A stretch of DNA of 64,000 bases from Balanoglossus misakiensis (GCA_040954595.2 CM082577.2:2108001-2172000); one strand, 5' to 3'; shown: positions 52,606 through 64,000, numbered from the stretch's first letter. Translations and numbers: made by a program. The notes: generated by a model not told the origin, from the sequence alone.

Positions 52606-54960
52606 TCACTGGATCACCTCTAGACTCTGCTTGACTTTGGGTTCCTTGTCGTGGATCTTCTTCTTGTTCACCAGCAGTAGGAGCAAAAGCAGAGGCAGAT
52701 GGAGCAGGCTGAACTTGAAGAGCCTTCTGGCCGACTCGGCGTCGCCGTCGCGGTAGAAACGCCACCCGAGCCACACAAGGGGCAAGTTCAAGGGCAGAGA
52801 GTCCAGGGCGAACCACCAGGTGGTCAGGTCGACCAGCGGCGCCAGCGTGGAGAGTCCCACCATGGCCACACAGTGCCGCAGTGCCACCCGCTTGCACAGA
52901 CCCGGGTTAGTGGTGGCCATCATGCGGTATCCACCACGGGAGTAGTCGCCACGCAGGTTCCAGCTGAGGGCGTTGAAGTGAGGGAACTGCCACGCGTACA
53001 GGAAGCCGGCTAATAACCAGGCACCTGGAAAATCAAACATCATTTAAAAAAAAAAATTTAAAGCGAAAAAACCACGACTTCAAGTTTTACAATCTGTGGA
53101 GTGGCAAGCCCATTCCGGCCACTTTGCTACAGTCTGTGTGTAATTTACATGTGCATTCAGGCACCTGTTGTGAACCAAGTTTGAAGAGTGACTGGGCACA
53201 GAAACTGGTGAACCTAAATGAAACCTGCTACATCCACTGCCTGCAAGAGATTGAATAAGCTTGCTGGAACTCACCTGGTTCCAGATGACCAGTACACGCA
53301 GCCCATCCCATCAGAGGCGGCACAGCACCAACAACGGCTCCCAGCCAGGTGTTGACGATGCCAACCCGCTTCATTGGAGTGTACGCCAGCGTGTAGAGGG
53401 CCAGGTTGGTGAGACCCAGTGCTGCGGTCAGCGGATTGGCACCGAGTGCGAGAACTGTCAGCCCAGTTATTCCTGTGACACTTGCAAATGTGACAGCATG
53501 AAATGGACTTATCAACTGCTGCACGAGGATTCTGTTCTTTGTTCTTGCCATTTGTGAATCATATGGAATTTCAAAGAACTGAAACACAAAATTAGAACAT
53601 CGTCAATGAAATATCACACAGAATTGTTGGTTCTCATAGCAGTGCTCTAAACATGCTTTCAGCTACATAATTATTTACTGTAAAACGGGAAATTTTCACA
53701 GTCTCATATTTCACTGCATAACTTACCTGATTTATCGAGTTGGCTGAGCTGGACACGAGAAAAGTTCCCAGTGAGGTCAGTAGAAGTGTGGTGACCTGGA
53801 AATCACCAGGAGCCATGACATAACCACCGGCTGCTGTCATCACCACCAGAGCTGAAAAAAGAGTACAGTATAAGTAAGTCTTTTCCCTGATTAGTAAACA
53901 CTGGGTAACCAAACTTGGGATAGTTTAGTGTTACCCAATTACTACTCTTTAAAGCCCACGAGCTGCCAAATTTCACAATTATTTTTGAGTGACACATACC
54001 TGTTAGCCTACTTTTGGCTAATGATAAATAATAGGAGTGAAGTTTCGACAAATCAATTTTCTGTTCGGTCCAGTGTTTGTCTACAACAAACACATCTTTG
54101 TTGCCATCCTCCGGTTCCAGAGGGCATGGTGTCACTTTTGACAATGTTGTTGCAATCGCTGCATCAATCTTGTTGGGAATCTTGGCTGTGTCTCTGTCCA
54201 CCTCTCCTTTGGAATCCAAATCAGAAAAGCTGCCCACTGTCTCTTTTGGTTTTGCTTCCCCGTAGAATGTGGTTGTTTTAGTAGCCATCTGAATAATATA
54301 TGAAGAAAGGCAAAAATGATATTTACAAAACCATGCCCAGAAACACACCAAGCAAATAAATAAATAAATATTTTTCAAAACGTCATACATTTGTGGGGAA
54401 ACAAAATAAATCCAGAAGTGCATTTTATGTCGAGTTACTCCGTTATTGTTGTCATTCACGTCATAAATTTTGTGTAACTAGTTTCACTGACACTTGTACA
54501 ATGTCCTCGATTGCCCTCCCCCTTTCACGTACACCAACACAACAGGTCGAGGTCACAGGTACGACACGTCATTATAAAATTTGATTTACCTCTCGTATTG
54601 TACGCACACTTGTTCTCCCATCTTTCGAGAGAATGGCCACGCCATTTACGTTGTGATATCGGTGTAAATATGTCCATCGTCCAGTGTGTTCTGGTCTCCG
54701 TTTCACAAATGTGACACAGTTCGCCGGTTTGGTAAACAGCCGGCGATTGAACTCACGTACGCCAGTTTGAAACACGCGGTGGCCACTGCCGCCGGTAAAG
54801 AGCCGCTCTCCGCAAAGGCCTGTGAAAATAACGTGTAAAACACGGTGGTTAATCAATATGAATGAGTGAAAGGTGTCGATAGGCGCGAAACGATTCTAAA
54901 ACACCTAAAATTTCACATGACAAGTTCATACTTACAGCAGACTTGACCGGCTGCCACCAT
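52606..54960 (-). CDS. COX10: Protoheme IX farnesyltransferase (heme O synthase), mitochondrial, ~463 aa, 6 exons
   Basis: Exons (minus): 54960-54936, 54819-54590, 54288-54000, 53851-53727, 53578-53275, 53024-52606; phases compatible, 1392 nt. UbiA/COX10 motifs [58 protein letters not shown] and [25 protein letters not shown]. Boundaries of the first two exons are less certain. Confidence 0.95.
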
Positions 54961-55181
54961 TTTGGCTGACCCTTCGACGCATGCGTGTACAATTTTATAG
55001 TTACAAAATGTCCCGGATTATGACTTTTAACCTCTAACCTCTGGGTCTTCTTTGTACTGCCCGGCGTCTGCTACAGCTGGAGTGGGGGTCTACATGTAGA
55101 GAGTTTTATTTCGTCTGCGTTCATTTATCATCTCACAGAGACATTTTTAGATTACTACAGAGACATTTTTAGATTTACACT
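54961..55181. promoter_or_regulatory. Putative bidirectional promoter between COX10 and RPP21
   Basis: Divergent start codons separated by only 221 nt. NRF1-like palindrome ACGCATGCGT (~54977-54986). YY1-like CAAAAATGGTGGC overlapping the COX10 ATG. Confidence 0.65.
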
Positions 55182-57116
55182 ATGACCAAAAAGAGCTCTA
55201 AAGTTGTAGCTGCGAAGAGATTTGGCGTTCCAAACAGAGAGGCATTTCATAGGATGAACTTCCTGTATCAGGTGAGTCTGTTGCTGTAGCAACCTAGCAT
55301 AGTGATGAACCTTTCTTCACATATGCCAGTATACATGTGGAGAATACAGTATGACGTGATTAATCACTTTGATTTCCCAGGGTTCATTTGCACAGATCGA
55401 TGTAGGTGAATTCCCAAGCAGACAGTCAATTAAAAGCTGAATTATCGGCTAATCTGCCATAAATTGGATTTATCCTTTCCAGGCTGCTCACAGCACACTG
55501 GTGCAGAATCCTAATAATGTTGAATTAGCAAGGTTTTACATCGCTACAATGAGAACTATCGCAAGAAGATTGGTGCTGAGGATGTAAGTTTAGCTGTGAT
55601 TTTTTTTGGTTGTTTAATATACATGTACCTTGCAAAATATGTCAGTAAAATTTCCCTTTGATGCTTAATACTTGTATCTTGCTACAACTTTTGGAAAATC
55701 ATGAAATGTCATCCATTCTGATAAGAATTGTGCGTGTTGGAGATATCAGGACCGATGTTGTGTTTTCACATATTACACCCCAAACAGGTAATTGCTTTGT
55801 CCCCTTAATCCTGGATGGAACCCACTGGGGCAGATTTCAATGCCTGCAAAGTGCCATCAGAATCATTGAATCACCACAACTTTATACTTCAGTTTGGCTT
55901 AATAATTCACTGAGAACTAGTTAAACACTTCAAAATTGAGTTGGTTTTCAGCGCCTGTAGATCGCTGACCTGAAGACGTTCGAGCAGTTAATTACTCTTG
56001 CTTTAGATCAAGATGGAGTGTCTGGTTGCCAAGGAGATTCCATCAGTCAGAGATTCCAATCAGACCGTGAAATCAGTAGGCATGATGTGTGGCCAGGATG
56101 GATTATCCCGAATCATGTTAGATGTCTAGCTGTCAATGCACGAGTAGATGTCTTAATTTGTCCGATCGATTTGCAGACTTAGTGTGAAATCATGAAACAT
56201 GTGGAAAGAAAGTCTAATGTTGTAGTTTCATGGTTGGCTGTTACAGGGAACTAATCTTTCAGCAGTGAATGCTGACATGTTTATAAATAATTGCATCTGT
56301 CTTCATTCACAGAGATCCGTCCATTAAGAGGACAATATGTAAGAAATGCAACTCATTGCTAGTACCTGGAATCACAGCCACTGTCAGAGTGAGGGGTAAG
56401 TATTGTGAAATGGGAAATCAGATGCACTGAATATGAAATAATATTTTGGTTTTGTAGTATGCATTCTTGGCTCTGTGAGGCCAGATCAATTGTTTCTTGT
56501 CTAATTTGTCTCTACTTGAAGTTCAGCACAGCTGTACTGTGTACAGCTACTTTTCATTCATTCAGAATTTAACACATTCACTTTCTCTCCATAGCCAAGA
56601 GGGAACAACATCTTGTTGTGAGATGCGTATCGTGCAAAACAGTGAAGAGATTCCTGGCCAGGGAGGGCTATCAGCTGTGGACAGAGAAGACAGAACTCAG
56701 AGTTGGACAATCCACAGGTAAGAAAATCTTTAGACCAGATGGTTCATTCCTTAATTCTTCATATGTGATTGATGATCACTGAGGATAGTATACATTGTAT
56801 TAACCCTTTCACCACCATGGTTCAGTCCAAAACCATTGTTTTATATGGAAAGGTTAGACAGCTAAAGAGGGAACTGGGAATGAAAGGGTTAAAGAAATGC
56901 AACATCCATTTTTTTCCATTGGTAACATCTAGAATATTACGAATGAGTATTTCCCGGCAGCTGCTGTAGTATGGCTGATCAATAAAGCGCCCTCAGTGAC
57001 AAAGTCAGTTTGCAATCACAATTGTTGACAGTATTTAAGTAGGCTGGATGATGAACAGTATCTCATCATTCTCATGTATCATTTTATTCCATTTTTTTGC
57101 AGGGCAGACATCATGA
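55182..57116 (+). CDS. RPP21: Ribonuclease P protein subunit p21 (Rpr2/RPP21 family), ~136 aa, 5 coding exons
   Basis: Exons 55182-55271, 55483-55583, 56313-56395, 56595-56717, 57103-57116, all GT-AG and in phase. Translation ...NREAFHRMNFLYQAAHSTLVQNPNNVELARFYIATMRTIARRLVLRIDPSIKRTICKKCNSLLVPGITATVRVR...VVRCVSCKTVKRF matches the RPP21 R-NFLYQAAH, DPS-KRT-CxxC and CxxC zinc-ribbon pattern. Confidence 0.93.
56800..56892. mobile_element. piggyBac-type MITE, copy 1 (RPP21 intron 4)
   Basis: TTAA|CCCTTTCA ... TGAAAGGG|TTAA: TIR with CCC/GGG termini and TTAA duplication; related copy at 59358. Confidence 0.85.
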
Positions 57117-58039
57117 CATAACTTAAATGGTCCAGACCAAACCCAGTGCAAATACAACACGAATGAACCAAACATTACCTTTTTTGCGGTGGTGCTTTTA
57201 ACTTGTTCATTTTATGTCCATTTCTAACTCCCTGTAGTCTAGCTTTTTATTGATGTTCATTTTAATGTCACTTTTCCCATTTCACTCACTGTAAAATACT
57301 CTTCTTTTAATGATGACTGCCTATGTATGGATGATTTGTACTTGTTTCAGAGGTTTTGTATGGAGACTGTTCCATTTTACACTGCCATTAACTTGTTCTT
57401 GATTTTTTTACCAACTGAATAAAAAGACATGCACTTAAAAACTACTATGAAATGGTCTTTATTAATTATTTTTGACATTTCTGAAATGATACATTGAGGT
57501 GATTTCATACTGCTAGTATATACATTTGGAAACAGAGCATGTACATTTGTTTGGGATACCAGTAATGACACTAGAAAAACATATCTCATATTTTGTCACT
57601 GCAGACTTCTAGTTTTAATGTGTATATTCTCAGAAATTTACCCTGGTGTGCTCAATTAAAAATGATTTTGCTTTGCTCTGTTTCTACTTGGTGAAAAAAT
57701 AAATGGGACGATAGCATCTTAGTAATCAGAGTTTTCTTTCTAATGAGGTACAAAAAACATACCGGGGGACACACTACATATGACTAATTGCCACCACAGC
57801 CTAAAAATGCCCCATTCACCATGGGTAGCTTTGGCAGTAATTTCACATTTCATACTAAACAGCCATCCAAGGATTGCTTTACATTCATATGTCTTCTGCT
57901 TGATACAAACAAGCAAATTATCAATTTTGGCATCTAAAATACAAAACAATATTTACATCAGTTGGTATACATGTAGCAGGGACCCAGGGACTAAACTGAA
58001 GCCATTTTCGTAGTGCAGTGATTGCAGTCAGCGATTTCT

Positions 58040-61000
58040 TCACGGTTGGTTTGGATTGGCGTGGTTCACGTGAGACAATGCTGGACTGAGGAATGCCAGA
58101 TGGCCTTTTGGGCATTTGTTGGCATAATGTCCCTTTTCTCCACACTGGAAAACAAAAATAATCAGAATAATTAGATTTAAACGACAATCATTTTCATATT
58201 CCTGTCCCCCGACAATGAGCTCAAGATTAGGCAATTGGGTTGATTGTATTGGTGATACATGGTGATATTCTTTCTGACCTTATAAATGATGTATATTATT
58301 GGTAAGCTTGCCGACAATTTTATATAAAATGCTTAGGGGAGTATAACTTTTCTGTTTACATCCAGGAGGTCAGAGGTCAAGAAATGTCATCAGACGTCAA
58401 CAAGACTGACTCACCTTAAAGCATGTGACTGACTCTAGTGGCCTGGGTGCACCCTTATTTTGGTGGTGATGGTGGTGATGCATTTGGTGGTGGTGGTGAT
58501 GGTGGTGGTGTGGTCTGTCTTCCATCATTGGCATCTGTGGTGGCGGCATTCCCATAACTTGTATCGGCTGTCGAGTACAAGGGGATAACAAAATATCATC
58601 TTTGTATTAGACAATGACGTACGTTTCAGACTGAAAGATGAACACCAACAGAGAGAAATCCTGTCAATGGACAAAAGTTGTCATTTTACCTGTTCACTTT
58701 GAGCAACAGGAAACCTGGGACAGTTGACAGCTTTGTGACCCTGCTCTCCACAACTGTGACATGTGATATTGGCCTTCTTCTGCATCATGGCTGGGTCGTT
58801 AATCACCGGCAACTCAAACTTAGGACTGATGGAAAGAAAAAAATATTTTATCATCTCTCCATTTTCACCGTCTCTCTTTGTTGTGGGGTTGTTTCACTCA
58901 CTTGCAGTAACACTTTTTATACACAATACAGGTATTTTGAGTGCAGTACTGTACTACAAAAATGGTGGACGGCTAGAATGAATGGACTTACTGTTGGAAT
59001 TTACAACCTGGTCCCTCTGGGCACAGACCACAAAGATAATTTATACAAATTACTCTTCTTGTGTGTCTGTTTCTGCAATGTGGGCCTGAAAAATATATAA
59101 ATCAATGAATTGGTCAGATTTGAAGAAACTTTACAGGAAAATAGAAAAAGTAGTACGCTGAAGTAGTGATCGAATGCTTCTTCTCCTGATTTCATACTTT
59201 ACAAAGGGGAGCCAAAACTCCAGTTTGCTTACCATGTTTACAGAAACCCCTATCGTACCATGGACAGTCTTTGATTTTGGATTCTGGGTCGATGTGTAAA
59301 AACGGACACTCTTTGTTACTGCACTGACCTGGAAGAGAAAACGGAAAAGCAAATTGTTTAACCCATTCAAAATCATGGTTCAGTCCAAACCCATTGTTTT
59401 CTATGGTAAGGTTGGACCTCTAAAGAGGGAAGTGGGGGTGAAAGGGTTAGATGCTGCATGGGAAGAAAGATAGTAATGACTTTTATACGGTTAGCATGTT
59501 GGATGTAAAATGTCTTCATTGCTTGAATGTACTTACCAAATTTTGAAAAGAAGAAACACTCAGGCATTTTTGTCATGTCGTACTCGTGAAGAAACTCGCA
59601 CTGATCACCTTTCTTACAAAGTCCTCGCAGCCAATGCTTGCACACGATACTTCTGTCTCCCCGGACATGGCGGAATGGACAGTTGGCTGCTTTCTGACAT
59701 TCACCCCTTCTGTAGAACCTACATATTGCAGCCCCAGATTCTGTAAGAAAAATGAGTCATTTGGCTTTTTAGTTGCATTATTGTCACTAGAAAAATCATA
59801 GAATTTACATTTTTCTCTATAAAAAAGTCTGTAAATAACAAAATAATAATGCATGTTATACGTGTGATAACCTGAAACAGACTACCTGCTTTTTTCTGTC
59901 AACTATGATATTAAACTTTCTCAACAGTTAAAAGGGTAATGTCAATTTATTATTAATTAAAGGTCAACTGGCTGGGACTTTGCTGTTTTTTTGTTTCGTT
60001 CTGTGAATCTATAGGTTCTTGTTCTACTCCCTGTAGCATGCTAAACTATCCAGCACCCTGGTTGTCAACATAGTGAGAATATGTGAAACAACCATGTATG
60101 ATTGCGACTTCAATTCAGCTTTCGACTTGAATTCTGCTTCCAACAATAACAATGTTGACTTAGTATACACACAGAACTATATCTTGCTTTCGTTTCTGCT
60201 TTGTGTAAGTGTTTGCAAGCCTTTTCATGTTGTTTTTTGTCACAGATCCATTTTTTATTGCTATAAGGAAATTGTATGGCTATTTGACCTTTAACCTTTG
60301 CATCCTTGTTTCCTGTTTGTGTGTCACCGCTGACTTGCTAAATACATTTTTCATAAATGTAGGTTGTTGCTGCACTGACAGGAGAAAAAAAATCTCTACT
60401 GTATGTACGGTTGATTATGTGTTTCCGCAAGTATGAGACACAAAATGAATATTGTATCTACCATCTCCATGGATACTTACTGACACAGAGTTGAAAAATG
60501 GGTAAAAAGACATTTAGTGTAAGGGACACTCTGCTCCCATTTGATGAGAACCAGTGATTAAAGTTGCGACATTCTAGGACATGTAAACTGTATGATTTAT
60601 ATTCAGTTTCACCATAGACAGTACTTGTATGGCTTCAGAATCACACTGATGAATTTCAAACACAAATCCATTTTTCACAAGGTTACCTTTAGCATACCCA
60701 TAAGCCACCACTGGGGGCCAAATGGAAGCTACAACCCACAAGTATAAAAATCAAGTCTCAATGAGGTGACTGACAACTGGCATGCAAGATAAAGTATTTG
60801 AGGTAAATATTGTTCCACGTGGAAGATGTCTCAATATCTAAATCAGTCCCTCCAATGATGGCGGGACGTCGTGTATGAATTTTTATGCCTGTCACATATC
60901 CCTCACACCACACGAAGCTGGGTCCGTTGACAGTATACATTTATTAACAATGGCTTGCTTAATTGCTTAAAATCAACCCACGTGTCGCCCTCAACACTTT

Positions 61001-61205
61001 ATTTCCCTGTTCATCAACCCAAAACAAACGTAATATTTTATTGAACAACGCCATCACGAGGAACAAGAGGGTAAATAGATTCAACAAAGCCCGTCAACTT
61101 ACTGTCCATTCCAGGGAACGGCAGCGGTTGGCTGCCTAACTGCTGCTCTAAAGCTATTTCTATTTCAAAAGTTATGTTCTGGACACTTGAAACTAAACTC
61201 TGCAT
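58040..61205 (-). CDS. CPSF4: Cleavage and polyadenylation specificity factor subunit 4 (CPSF30), ~296 aa, 7 exons
   Basis: Exons (minus): 61205-61103, 59740-59537, 59328-59233, 59085-58992, 58825-58690, 58567-58415, 58144-58040; 891 nt in frame. N-terminus ...EQQLGSQPLPFPGMDKSGAA, five CCCH fingers (VCKHWLRGLCKKGDQCEFLH; DCPWYDRGFCKHG) and C-terminal CFKCGEKGHYANKCPKGHLAFLS. Confidence 0.96.
59358..59450. mobile_element. piggyBac-type MITE, copy 2 (CPSF4 intron 2)
   Basis: TTAA|CCCATTCA ... CATGGTTCAGTCCAAACCCATTGTTTT ... TGAAAGGG|TTAG; colinear with 56800-56892. Confidence 0.8.
59957..60294. mobile_element. TTAA-flanked non-autonomous DNA transposon (Kolobok-like) in CPSF4 intron 1
   Basis: TTAA|AGGTCAACTGGC ... 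GCTATTTGACCT|TTAA: TIR with TTAA duplication, 330 bp. Confidence 0.7.
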
Positions 61206-61681
61206 CTTGTTGCGTTAGTCTGATCACATTCAATGACGAAGAAAATGAGAAAATAACTCGTCGACGGTAGGTCCAATTCGTAATCGCCTCACGCTGACTC
61301 TCTCTCTGTCAAACTTTGACCTTTGTGGCGAATGGCATCATGGGAGTGAACCCCTAGGCGCGTGATTTTAATCAACAAGGAAGTTGTGTTTACTTTTTAG
61401 TCACTGACAGCTGGACATGAGAAAGGATGAGTATTGCGAAGTTCATCGAGTGAAAAACAGCGTTACGCCAGGATTGATATCCCATCCCACTGTCAGACTA
61501 CACAGTGTACTGTGATCAAGTGCAAAACTTCGATCAGCTGCAGTGGCAAAACTTTCAAACTCCACGCATCCCTCGTTGTCAGTTTCAATGTCACTTTAAG
61601 TTTAAGTCCCTATGGTCCCTCCGACTGCAGAATCATGTCAAAGTTGAAGTTTCTATCGGAGCCGAGTGTTTTCTACCAAAC
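61206..61681. promoter_or_regulatory. Putative bidirectional promoter between CPSF4 and the arrestin-domain gene
   Basis: Divergent ATGs ~476 nt apart, locally CpG-rich. ZNF143/Staf-like motif CTCCCATGATGCC on the minus strand (~61334-61346) and TGACCTTTG at ~61317. Confidence 0.55.
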
Positions 61682-64000
61682 ATGAATCAGATAAACATCA
61701 GGACAGATAGAGGGGAGTACGTTGGAGGAGAAACTGTCTACGGGTAAGGACTACACCATATGTATACCATAAATAGATAGATAGATAGATAAATAAATAA
61801 ATAAATAAATATTAGATATACAACATGGCATGCTATCAGATCCTTAATCCTTTAAATTGTATTTGTTTGTTTTTTCTTTTTCTTTTTTTCATTTTACACT
61901 AGAGTGGTTTATATCAGAATAACAACTGCCACAGATGCCAAGTTGGTTTTGATAAAATTCAAGGGCTATGAAAAGTGTAAGTATTGTTTTGTTTATCAGA
62001 CTTTTCAGTAGATCGAAAAACTTCATTGTCCCCATGACTACCAAAAGGTAAATGGAGTTTGTGATTTATTGAACACAATATGAGACCAAAAAGAAAGAAA
62101 CTCATTCATTGTGTTCAGCATTAATGGAAAGTTGATTCTATTTTAAGGATTTATTTTATTTTATTTCTTCCACTCAGGTGAATGTTCTAAAAAAAGAGGC
62201 CATTTTGCATCATTCAGACAACAAGATGAACAAACTGCGGAGAATGGCAGTAAAATTAAAAGTTACCAGAGTTTGTTGACGGGAAAGAAGTTTTACTTCA
62301 ACACAACAATAAAATTATGGGAAGACAAAGGTAATGGGAATTTAGAATAATTTGTCCTTTTTTGGCTTTGTCAGATTCTCTCTGGTCTTCACCCGACAGG
62401 AAGAAGGTTACTTTTGTGAAACTGAAAAGTGGTTGTAATTTGTGTAGAGGATATTTGCGTGGTTCTGTTTGACTTTCTCATTTTTTTCCTGTTCAACAGG
62501 TCCACTTCCACGAGGGCATTATGTGTTGCCATTTCAGTATCAGCTCCCTCCAGACCTTCCAGGTACAAACAAATTTACATATAACTGTAATTCATTGATC
62601 TACAACAGTGTGGTTGACATTTATGCATTTTATTTATGGCACGCTTTAAGCAGAACAAAACTGTTGCATGCACCATGTGCAGAAGTTCACTTTTGATGCT
62701 CAGCTCACCCATAAAATCATAAGTTATCTGTTGATGTCAGTGTTTGGAACTTTTCCTGTTGACTTTTATTATGGACTTGTGCGTGGTTGTCAAGAAAAAA
62801 AAATTAAGGCCTTTTCTGTGATAGAAATAGATATGACCATACAACTGATGATTGCCACCAGCATATCAGTTTCAGCCGTACTTTAATTATCATTTTCACA
62901 TTGGTGTCCGCTTTCCACATAATATATGTGTCACAGAAAAGTGATCATTTTCATGACCTTTGATCGGCCTAACATGATCCCACGGATATGAGTACACACA
63001 TTCTATATCAAACCTACCAAGTTCAGCAATCTGTCTCTCAAGCCTAACTATGAATAGCTCTGCAATCAGGACAAGTTGAATGTTGAAAGTCCTTGTATAA
63101 ACTAAAATATGTGGATGTGAGGTCATCCAATGTGCCTTCAGAGAACACGAATTTAGCAATTCCTCGCATATTTTGTAGACTATACACATTTTTTTTAATA
63201 CAGGAAACTACATGAACGAAGGGTTCGGTTTGAAGAACTGGAAGGGTGTGGTCAAATACAAAGTGAAAGCGTACGTCTCTGGAATGGACGAACCACTGAA
63301 GTACACCCAACCCCTTGTCATTCAGCCCTTCCGAAACATGAACATTTTGCCCACGCCTGTCAAGGAGACAGGAACAGTCAGAAAGTGCTTCTGTTATGCT
63401 GATGGCGAAGTCGAGGTTGAAATCCAGTAAGTAATTAGAGCCCAAAAAAAATCTAACCTTTTCGTCACTAGTTCAGTGAAATTTTCTACCTTTTCTTACA
63501 AAATGACACTGACTGTTGTTGTTTTGTCTGTAGGTTAAACAAGGCCATTTACATGGTTGGCGAGATAGCCATTTTGCAGATTTTGATAAAGAATTTCTCA
63601 AGTGAGAATATTCATTCCGTTCGAGTTCATGTAAGAAAATTGTTTTTGCCTTTGCTGTGTTTTTGTTTAATGTGTACGATAAGTCGGAATCCAACAGGCT
63701 GGGTGTTTTCAGTTCTTGAGATTTAAAAGAAAACTGTTATCAGAATATACACAGGGTCACTGTTATATATGGATTAGCATTCAAAAGAAAGAGAGAAAGA
63801 ACTCAGAAATATCACTTCCCCTTTTTGGATTAAAAACAAAATTTACACTTCCAGCTCAAAAGGACAACAAAACTCCTAGGCTGGAACACTTCCAGTAAAT
63901 CAGACGACGGAAACGATGATTTCAGCGGTGATGAAGCGGATTATACGGGCAAACCTGAACTTCGGGAATTTCCGGAAGCCTTTGTTACTGTATGGGGAAG
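61682..64000 (+). CDS. Alpha-arrestin (arrestin domain-containing) protein, 5' part, truncated by the window end
   Basis: Exons 61682-61743, 61903-61976, 62178-62330, 62500-62562, 63204-63426, 63534-63630, 63855->64000, all in phase. Arrestin_N motifs Y.GGETVYG, IKFKGYE, LPRGHYVLPFQYQLPPDLPG and GVVKYKVKA; Arrestin_C start LNKAIY.VGE...I.N.S. Confidence 0.88.
61773..61810. repeat. (ATAG)n/(ATAA)n microsatellite in arrestin gene intron 1
   Basis: Read directly. Confidence 0.9.

Noticed and set aside
55319-55331. 12-nt similarity on the minus strand to an ambulacrarian miR-2012-like sequence as I recall it
   Set aside because: The 5' seed and 3' end do not match; chance similarity.
56099-56110. 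GGATTATCCC, the reverse complement of a motif near the U8 snoRNA 5' end
   Set aside because: Only ~10 nt match; the flanking U8 stem and C/D boxes are absent.
61838-61856. TCCTTAA motif resembling a U12 branch point in arrestin intron 1
   Set aside because: The donor is GTAAGG, not the U12 GTATCCT consensus.

Overview
Eukaryotic (animal) genomic DNA with GT-AG spliceosomal introns, probably from a marine invertebrate (inference from gene style and repeat types; species not determinable). The first ~30 kb has no recognisable coding exons and holds only microsatellites and short non-autonomous DNA transposons. I assembled six genes by hand from splice sites and reading-frame phase. (1) An 11-exon secreted protein on the minus strand (30487-34056, ~445 aa): signal peptide, five 8-Cys beta-defensin-like modules each on its own phase-1 exon, and one C-terminal VWD domain. 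(2) A 4-exon claudin-superfamily (CACNG/TMEM114/235-like) gene. (3) COX10. (4) RPP21, which the ORF track misses entirely. (5) CPSF4/CPSF30. (6) The 5' part of an alpha-arrestin (ARRDC-like) gene. Between the claudin-like gene and COX10 sits a 9.4 kb composite satellite: [86-bp array]-[151-bp block]-[~93 x 88-bp array]-[86-bp array]-[same 151-bp block], with fold-back caps and microhomology junctions. The best candidates for something undescribed are the multi-defensin-like/VWD protein and the architecture of the satellite insertion.
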